Positions 25,701 through 32,000 of a DNA stretch of 32,000 nt are shown one piece after another. A program made the position numbers and the translations under genes. Under the pieces are notes generated by a model. That model saw nothing but the letters and a program-made list of their open reading frames with translations, made no database searches and had not been told where the DNA came from. Where the stretch lies: the NCBI GenBank assembly GCA_964591795.1, contig CAZQEL010000002.1, positions 1-32,000 of the forward strand, written 5' to 3'. Each line of letters opens with the position of its first letter. Position 1 is the stretch's first letter. The DNA comes from an uncultured archaeon (lineage in GTDB: Archaea > Iainarchaeota > Iainarchaeia > Iainarchaeales > CSSED10-239).

Positions 25701-26813
25701 ATGATTATAAAAAAAAGAGTATTATTTTTAGTTAGATTACCTCCTCCTATGCATGGGGCTGCAAAAATGAATTCTTTGTATTTAAATAGTAAAATTTTAA
25801 AAAATGAATTTAATATTCATCATATTAAATTAAACTCTTATTCTTCATTAGTGAATAATATTTTTAAATATTTTTTAGTATTATTTGGTTTTTTCAAAGT
25901 TTTGTTATTATTATTATTTAAACTAATTTTTTTTAAACCTAAATTAGTTTATTTTGAAATTGCACCTAAAGGAGGTGCATTTTATAGAGATAGTATTTAT
26001 TTATGGATTTGTAAATTATTTTTTAAGAAAGTTGTTTGTCAATTTCATGCAAAAGGGGTTTATTCAGAATTAAGTTTAAAATTTAAAATTAAATATTATA
26101 AATCAGTTTTTAAAAATGTTAAAGTTATATTGTTATCTGAAAGTTTATACTCTGATGTTTCTTTAGTTATACCTAAATCAAATATTTTTTATTTGCCAAA
26201 TGGTATTAAAGATGAGCTTACAGATATTGGTTTTAAGAAGTTATGTTCTATTAAAAAAGATTCAAAAATATTAAATTTATTATACTTATCAAATATGATC
26301 GAAACAAAAGGGTCTTTAGATGTATTAAAAATATGTGATTTATTAAAAAATAAGGGTATTAAATTTAAATGTAATTTTGTAGGTAATTGGGATTCAGATG
26401 TTTTTAAAGAAAAATGGTTTTTAACACTTAAAAAATATAATTTAACTGAAAATTGTTTTTATTTAGGTCCTAAGTATGGTTCTGAAAAAAATCAATTATT
26501 AAGTAATGTTGATTATTTGGTTTTCCCTACTAAATATCCAATGGAATGTTATCCACTTGTAATTTTAGAGGCTTTTATGTTTGGGGTGCCTGTCTTGTCT
26601 TATAATAATGGTGCAATTAAAGATATAATTAACCAAAACTATTTAGGCTTTGCGTCTTTAAATAATAATTATATTGATTTATATAAATATATAATAAATA
26701 ATAAATTTACTTTGTCTCAAAAGATAAAAATTAGAAATATATTTATACAGAATCATTTATTAATTAAATATGAAATAACTTTAAAAAATATATTTTTAAG
26801 TGTGATTAAATGA
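25701..26813 (+). CDS. Glycosyltransferase, GT4/GT1-type (GT-B fold)
   Basis: It has the C-terminal 'FPTKYPMECYPLVILEAFMFGVPVLSYNNGAIKDII' (E-x7-E-type motif). Its stop overlaps the next start in an ATGA. Confidence 0.7.
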   Translation: MIIKKRVLFLVRLPPPMHGAAKMNSLYLNSKILKNEFNIHHIKLNSYSSLVNNIFKYFLVLFGFFKVLLLLLFKLIFFKPKLVYFEIAPKGGAFYRDSIYLWICKLFFKKVVCQFHAKGVYSELSLKFKIKYYKSVFKNVKVILLSESLYSDVSLVIPKSNIFYLPNGIKDELTDIGFKKLCSIKKDSKILNLLYLSNMIETKGSLDVLKICDLLKNKGIKFKCNFVGNWDSDVFKEKWFLTLKKYNLTENCFYLGPKYGSEKNQLLSNVDYLVFPTKYPMECYPLVILEAFMFGVPVLSYNNGAIKDIINQNYLGFASLNNNYIDLYKYIINNKFTLSQKIKIRNIFIQNHLLIKYEITLKNIFLSVIK

Positions 26814-27646
26814 GTTTTAAAAAAATTATAACTTCAATTAAAATTTTAAGAGATATTGTTGTATTCTGTTATAGATTAAAAATAGTTTTTAACAATATTA
26901 TTAATAATCTATATTTATCTTTTAAATGGTTATTTATATCTCGAGAAACAACTAATTTTACTTATGATTTAACTAAGCTTAACAAAATTTATTTAGCTCA
27001 AACAATTTCTCATATAGTTGACAAATCTTTTGATGAAATTTATAATTACATTTTAGAGGTTGAAAATGATAATTCTTTAAAAAAACATATTATAACTGAA
27101 ACTAAAAAAAGTGATCAAAGATTTAAATCTAATAAAACCGTCTATTTTGGAAGAAGAATAGGTTGGTATGCTATAGTACGGGCTATTAAACCAAAGGTTA
27201 TTGTAGAAACTGGTGTTGATAAAGGTCTAGGTGCTTGTATATTAACTGCTGCATTAATAAAAAATAATTCTGAAGGTTATAAAGGTTATTATTACGGAAC
27301 GGATATTAATCCAAAAGCAGGTTTTTTACTTAAAAATAAGTATAAAAATTTTGGAGAAATTTTATATGGTGATTCTATTAAGTCTTTAAAACATTTGTCT
27401 AAAAAAATTGATTTATTTATTAATGATAGTAATCATTCTGCAGATTACGAATATAATGAATATAAAGTCATTTTAAATAAACTTTCTAAAAATTCGATTA
27501 TATTAGGTGATAATGCTCATTATAATTCTAAATTATTTTCTTTTTCAAAAAAATATAATAGATCTTTTTTATTTTTTTCTGAAGATCCTAAAAATCATTT
27601 TAAAAATGGAGCAGGAATTGGTTTTTCATATATTATAAATAAATAG
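26810..27646 (+). CDS. Class I SAM-dependent methyltransferase-like protein (CmcI/TylF-type)
   Basis: 'VIVETGVDKGLGACIL' is motif I. 'DLFINDSNHSADYEYNEY' is typical of this sugar O-methyltransferase-like group. Confidence 0.5.
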   Translation: MSFKKIITSIKILRDIVVFCYRLKIVFNNIINNLYLSFKWLFISRETTNFTYDLTKLNKIYLAQTISHIVDKSFDEIYNYILEVENDNSLKKHIITETKKSDQRFKSNKTVYFGRRIGWYAIVRAIKPKVIVETGVDKGLGACILTAALIKNNSEGYKGYYYGTDINPKAGFLLKNKYKNFGEILYGDSIKSLKHLSKKIDLFINDSNHSADYEYNEYKVILNKLSKNSIILGDNAHYNSKLFSFSKKYNRSFLFFSEDPKNHFKNGAGIGFSYIINK

Positions 27647-27654
27647 TGATGTAA

Positions 27655-28344
27655 ATGGATGTAAAAAAGTTATATAATAATATTGTAATTAAAAAGGATA
27701 GTTCTTTTTTAAAGTTTAATTTAAATAGTTGGCCTAAAACTAGATATGAAGCAGCAGTTAAATTTATAAATATTAAACCTACTTCAAAGGTATTAGATGT
27801 TGGTTTTGGGAATGGAGATTTACTTAATTTTATTTTTCAAAAAACAAAATATACTTATGGTGTAGAAGTTTCTAAAAAAAAATTAATGTATGTGAATAAT
27901 TTATTACCATTAAAAGCTAATTTATCTTTACAAGATATTAGTAATAAAACAAATTTTAAAAATGATTTTTTTAATATTATTTTTTTAACTGATGTTTTTG
28001 AACATATTATAGATAGATATTCTGTAATGAATGAATTAAAAAGAATATTAAAAAAAGATGGAATTATAGTTATTATTACACCTAATATCGCTAAATTAAA
28101 ATCCAGAATAAGATTATTATTTGGAATTTATCCTTTTACCTCAGAAGATAGAGTTTCAGAGAAAAAAAAGTTCATTTATGATGGTGGACATATTCAATGG
28201 TATACTTTTAAAACCATCTCTAGTTTAGCAAAACAATTTGATTTAAATATTGAAAAAAGATTTGGATATGGGTTATTTGGACAGCTACATAACATTTATC
28301 CTTCTTTATTGTCAGGTTCTATAGCTATTATTTTAAAAAAATAA
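27655..28344 (+). CDS. Class I SAM-dependent methyltransferase (Methyltransf_11/23-like)
   Basis: It has 'VLDVGFGNGDL' (motif I), 'FNIIFLTDVFEHI' and 'LKKDGIIVIITPN'. Confidence 0.7.
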   Translation: MDVKKLYNNIVIKKDSSFLKFNLNSWPKTRYEAAVKFINIKPTSKVLDVGFGNGDLLNFIFQKTKYTYGVEVSKKKLMYVNNLLPLKANLSLQDISNKTNFKNDFFNIIFLTDVFEHIIDRYSVMNELKRILKKDGIIVIITPNIAKLKSRIRLLFGIYPFTSEDRVSEKKKFIYDGGHIQWYTFKTISSLAKQFDLNIEKRFGYGLFGQLHNIYPSLLSGSIAIILKK

Positions 28345-28356
28345 ATTTTGATATAT

Positions 28357-29277
28357 ATGACTTATAATATACCTATTTTGTTTTTAGTTTTTAATAGACC
28401 AAAAGAAACTAAAAAATCTTTGCAAGAAATAAAAAAAATAAAGCCTACTAAATTATATGTTGTTGCAGACGGGCCAAGAAAAAATAATTTAAATGACGAT
28501 TTAAATTGTAAATTAGTGAGACAAATTATAAATGATGGTGTTGATTGGGATTGTGAAGTTAAAACTATTTTTAGAAATAAAAATTTAGGTTGTAGAAATT
28601 CAATTTCTTTAGGAATTACTTGGTTTTTTAAAAAAGAAGAGATGGGAGTCATTTTAGAAGATGACTGTATACCTAATAACACTTTTTTTACATTCTGTGA
28701 AATGATGTTATTAAAATATAGACTCAATAGTCCAGTTATGCATGTTTCTGGCAATTCATTTATAGATGATAGTATTAGAAATAATTATTTAGATGGAGAT
28801 TATTTTTTTTCTAAATTTCCACATATTACTGGATGGGCTACTTGGAGAAGAGCTTGGGATTTATATGATGCGGATTTAATTGATTATAATAAAAAAAGTG
28901 CTAATGTAATATCAAAAAACAACACTCAAATTTTAGAAAAATTTTATTGGAAATTTATTTTTAATTCAGTTTATTCTAAAAAAATTAATTCTTGGGGTTA
29001 TATTTGGTTATATAGTATTTGGCAAAATAATGGGTTGTCTATCCAGCCAAAATATAATCTAGTGAAAAATATAGGTTTCGGTGAAAATGCACTTCATACT
29101 AAAAATAGTATTAATGGTTTGTTAAAAAATTATGATTATCGTTTAAAAAAACATCCTAAATTAATTAAATCTAATAAATTAATAGATGATTTTATTTCTA
29201 AAACTTATTATAACATATCTATAAAAGGTTTATTTTTAAAAGTTATAACTAATTTTAAATTTTTATTTAAAAAATAA
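28357..29277 (+). CDS. Nucleotide-diphospho-sugar transferase (GT-A fold, GnT-I/'HlpA-like' group)
   Basis: The N-terminal 'PILFLVFNRPKETKKSLQEIKKIKPTKLYVVADGPR' and the 'ILEDDC' (DxD-like) motif support the call. I place the start at ATG 28357. Confidence 0.5.
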   Translation: MTYNIPILFLVFNRPKETKKSLQEIKKIKPTKLYVVADGPRKNNLNDDLNCKLVRQIINDGVDWDCEVKTIFRNKNLGCRNSISLGITWFFKKEEMGVILEDDCIPNNTFFTFCEMMLLKYRLNSPVMHVSGNSFIDDSIRNNYLDGDYFFSKFPHITGWATWRRAWDLYDADLIDYNKKSANVISKNNTQILEKFYWKFIFNSVYSKKINSWGYIWLYSIWQNNGLSIQPKYNLVKNIGFGENALHTKNSINGLLKNYDYRLKKHPKLIKSNKLIDDFISKTYYNISIKGLFLKVITNFKFLFKK

Positions 29278-29286
29278 TCTTTTTAA

Positions 29287-30129
29287 TTATTCTTTTTTAA
29301 AAATATAGTATTTTAATTGAACTTCAATTTCTTGAAGTATATCTTTAATGAGTATAATTGGTTTTAAATATATTTCATTAGTAAATCTTTTTGATTCTAT
29401 TAAATCATATAATTTATTTTTTATAAAATTTATTTTTTTAAATATGTTATTAGTTTTGGGTGGCGAGATGATATTTGTTGAAGTATAATACCCATATATA
29501 CTTCCTTGATGCACTAGTGGTTTATTAATCCAATATATTTTTAATTTATTTTTTTTGCAAACGTATTTAAATTCCTCATCCATAGGGATAGTAAACTGAT
29601 ATGTTTGTTTTAAAATTGTATTCAAACATTTTTTATTTATTAAATATGCTCCTGTTCCCCAAGATCCTCTTTTATTTTTAAATAACCCTTTTTTTTTAAA
29701 GGTTCTATATTTATTGTCATTTAGTAAATCTAGAAAACAAACATCTCAATCCAATCTGTTTAATTTTAAAATACATTCTTTTATTTTTTTTAAAAAGTTT
29801 GGTTCTATTATTACATCATCTTCCAAAATTAATGCATAGTTATAATTTGATTGGTATATTTTCATCCATATTTTGTAATGATTTAAATTTAGATTTATAC
29901 TTGCTTTTGATAAATTATAAAATGGGGTATTCTTTTTGTTTAAGTATTTAAATTTATTTAACCATATTTGTTTATTTGGTATGTATCTTTTTTTAATTGT
30001 GTCTTGAGTATGTTCATTTTTGTTTTGAATAATAAAATTAACCTTTTGTTTAATTGATTTAAATGTTTTGTTTAAATAATTGTATCTTTCAACTAAGGGT
30101 TTGTAATTAATAATATATATTTCAACCAT
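29287..30129 (-). pseudogene. GT25-family glycosyltransferase interrupted by one in-frame TGA (29746-29748)
   Basis: Track ORFs 29746..30138 and 29287..29625 are in the same frame, and the 120 nt between them has no other stop. The joined sequence reads '...ALILEDDVIIEPNF...LNRLD*DVCFLDLLNDNKYRTFKKKGLFKNKRGSWGTGAYLINKKCLNTIL...'. 'ILEDDV' and 'GTGAYLI' are GT25-like. Confidence 0.6.
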
Positions 30130-30215
30130 ATTTTTCAAAATTATTTTTATTTTTTTAATTGTTATTTAAAGTATAATCCTAATAGTTTTTATATTTATTG
30201 GAGTTATATTATTTC

Positions 30216-31049
30216 ATGAGGATTGTTAAAATTACAAGTGGGTTAGGAAATCAGTTGTTTCAATATGCATTTGCAAGAGTTGTGTCTATAGAAACTAATG
30301 AAAAAGTAATGTTAGATATTAGTAATTATAAATTTTATAGTGATAGATTATTTTCATTAAATTTATTTAATTTATTTGAATTTAAATATATAAATTCGTA
30401 TTTTTATTTTATTTTATTCATTTTTATTTATAAGCTTAATAAATTTTGGCCTTATTTATTTAAAAATATTTATTTTGAAAAATATCCTTGTAATTATAAT
30501 TCAAAATTGCCTTCTAATAAGTTTTATTTTCAAGGTTATTTTCAATCAGAAAAATATTTTAATAAATATAGACCTTTACTTTTAAATGAAATTACTTTAA
30601 AAAAACCATTAAATTCAAAATATATTTCAATATTAAATAATAATAATAACACAGTTTCTATTCATGTTAGAAGAGGTGATTATTTAAATGAATTAAATAA
30701 ATCTATCTTTATTACTTTTTCTTCTGATTATTATTTTGATGCAATTAAATTAATAGTTAAAAAAGTTAAAAATCCATTCTTTTTAATTTTTTCTGATGAT
30801 ATTGTGTGGTGTAAAAAAAATTTAAATATTGATTATCCTCATCTTTTTATAAATTCTTCTTCGCCAGAACAAGACTTAATTTTAATGAGTAAATGCAAAC
30901 ACAATATTATTTCTAATAGTTCATTTAGTTGGTGGGGTGCTTGGTTAAATAAAAGTAGAAATAAAATTGTAATTGCTCCTAAAAAATGGATGAATAAAAA
31001 TTTAATTTATTATAAAGATATTTGTCCAAATTATTGGGTTAGAATTTAA
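30216..31049 (+). CDS. Alpha-1,2-fucosyltransferase (GT11)
   Basis: 'ITSGLGNQLFQYAFAR', 'SIHVRRGDY' and 'ISNSSFSWWGAWL' are the conserved GT11 motifs. I place the start at ATG 30216. Confidence 0.8.
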   Translation: MRIVKITSGLGNQLFQYAFARVVSIETNEKVMLDISNYKFYSDRLFSLNLFNLFEFKYINSYFYFILFIFIYKLNKFWPYLFKNIYFEKYPCNYNSKLPSNKFYFQGYFQSEKYFNKYRPLLLNEITLKKPLNSKYISILNNNNNTVSIHVRRGDYLNELNKSIFITFSSDYYFDAIKLIVKKVKNPFFLIFSDDIVWCKKNLNIDYPHLFINSSSPEQDLILMSKCKHNIISNSSFSWWGAWLNKSRNKIVIAPKKWMNKNLIYYKDICPNYWVRI

Positions 31050-31825
31050 TTTTTAGTAAACCAGAAAAGGCCTGTTCCATAATTCCTATTTTTGGTTCTA
31101 TATTTATCCTGGAGTTTTCCATTATAAATATATTTTTCTTCTACTAATTTGCAATTATGAAATTTTGTTAATATATATTCTTTTGTAAATGCTCTGTGTG
31201 CATTAAAATAAATAGTGTTTTCATTATGCACAGGGACACTTATAAATATATTTCCTTTTTTTGATGTTACTCTTATAATTTCTTTAATTGCTTTTTCACT
31301 CCCTAATTCATCTAATTTATCTCCATATCTTCCTAATCCAATATGTTCTATGACACAAAGACTAGAAATTGATTTTATGGAATTATTTTTAAATGGAAGA
31401 GTTGTAATATCTCCTTTTATGAAATTTAAATTTTTTAATTTTATTGGTAATGGTCTTATATCAACCATATATGTTTTTGTGAATTGAGATATTATGCCAA
31501 TTGTTTTTGCATTACTACCGACATCGTAATGTTCTTTTGGATTAAGTTCAAATATTTTTTTTGCAGCCCATGTATCTTGATAAAAATAGTCTATGGCCAA
31601 AGGAGTTTCTTTAGTATTATCATTTATACAAGGAAAAAGGTATTTTATTTTAAACTCTTTATTTTTTTTAGTTAATATTAAATCTTTTAAATATTTACTA
31701 TTTTTTTTTAAATAAGTAATTATTTTAAATTTAAAATTTTCTTTTATTGACAGATATATAAAATATGTGGATAATAATATTTTTGAGTTTTCAATTTTTG
31801 ATTTAATTTTATATTTTATTTTCAT
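31046..31825 (-). CDS. Class I methyltransferase-like protein (DUF268-type)
   Basis: It has 'HYDVGSN' and 'GDITTLPFKNNSIKSISSLCVIEHIGLGRYGD'. Its stop shares a TTAA with the GT11 gene stop. Confidence 0.55.
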   Translation of the reverse strand: MKIKYKIKSKIENSKILLSTYFIYLSIKENFKFKIITYLKKNSKYLKDLILTKKNKEFKIKYLFPCINDNTKETPLAIDYFYQDTWAAKKIFELNPKEHYDVGSNAKTIGIISQFTKTYMVDIRPLPIKLKNLNFIKGDITTLPFKNNSIKSISSLCVIEHIGLGRYGDKLDELGSEKAIKEIIRVTSKKGNIFISVPVHNENTIYFNAHRAFTKEYILTKFHNCKLVEEKYIYNGKLQDKYRTKNRNYGTGLFWFTKN

Positions 31826-32000
31826 TTCGTATCTTTCCTATAATTATTTAAATATATTTTCTGGGTTAAATTTTTGATATGAATCTTTGCCACAAGTTAT
31901 TTTTTCGTTATAAAAATCAACCGATTCTTTAGCAAATAATAGTTGTTTATTTTTTTCCCCATTGATGTTTGAGTATTGTGCACTCTATAATGAAATAAAA

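Noticed and set aside
29746-29748. Genome-wide TGA recoding (code 4 Trp or code 25 Gly) as the explanation for the in-frame TGA in the GT25 gene.
   Set aside because: Trp is encoded by TGG throughout (for example the WW in ORF 11759 and WWGAW in GT11). All other long genes are uninterrupted under the standard code. TGA also terminates several genes (2057-2059, 13094-13096, and 26811-26813 in an ATGA stop/start overlap).
168-31675. Numerous 60-130 aa ORFs nested antisense or out of frame within larger genes: 168..377, 1109..1291, 1751..1948, 2162..2377, 4971..5186, 5376..5687, 6024..6326, 8099..8401, 8362..8589, 8600..8836, 10226..10441, 11971..12312, 14215..14415, 14714..14968, 18036..18275, 18681..18881, 18973..19176, 20590..20937, 21692..21889, 23660..23863, 24045..24356, 28362..28754, 31215..31487 and 31484..31675.
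   Set aside because: Each overlaps a longer ORF with recognisable motifs or better coding character. Their low-complexity, Leu/Phe/Ser/Ile-rich translations are what AT-rich antisense strands typically produce.
31826-32000. Possible 3' end of another minus-strand gene at the window edge (…SAQYSNINGEKNKQLLFAKESVDFYNEKITCGKDSYQKFNPENIFK*).
   Set aside because: The frame is closed by a TAG only about 50 codons upstream of its stop, and there is no Met in between. The piece is too short and featureless to call, so it could be a gene remnant or non-coding.
1-32000. tRNA/rRNA genes, CRISPR arrays, IS elements and integrases.
   Set aside because: There are no GC-rich cloverleaf-sized islands in any intergenic spacer and no regularly spaced short repeats. 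No ORF has transposase (DDE), tyrosine/serine recombinase or Cas signatures that I can recognise.

Overview
Strongly AT-rich, gene-dense window that reads as archaeal. The supporting genes are an RPA-type OB-fold/Zn-finger ssDNA-binding protein, an endonuclease-Q-like PHP nuclease, a pilin with a class III (archaeal type IV pilin) signal peptide, a FlaI/GspE-family ATPase and an acidic S-layer candidate. A small-genome DPANN-type lineage is my inference only.

Layout:
- 1-2043: partial repetitive surface protein.
- 2.0-7.7 kb: EndoQ-like nuclease, HD hydrolase, BofA-like membrane protein and four lineage-specific Lys-rich ORFs. One of these is built from 15-aa tandem repeats.
- 8.2-10.7 kb: S-layer candidate.
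- 10.8-15.9 kb: pilin/pilus-ATPase locus. A ~550-bp direct duplication (core 425 bp, near-identical) brackets a 1.8-kb insert carrying a COG1373-type AAA ATPase. It leaves a 3' ATPase gene fragment and a promoterless, 5'-truncated pilin copy.
- 16.1-19.0 kb: accessory island with a Fic gene flanked by two copies of the same hairpin, an RHH/RelE-like toxin-antitoxin pair with phased palindromic operators and an A11 frameshift, and a nucleotidyltransferase-Nudix fusion.
- 19.2-22.9 kb: small secreted Cys protein, RPA, a hypothetical protein and CorA.
- 22.9-31.8 kb: GDP-fucose-based glycan cluster (gmd, fcl, five glycosyltransferases including GT11 fucosyltransferase, three methyltransferases). 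One GT25 gene is interrupted by a single in-frame TGA.

I recognised no tRNA, rRNA, CRISPR array, transposase, integrase or reverse transcriptase. All functional calls come from motif recognition by eye, not from database searches.
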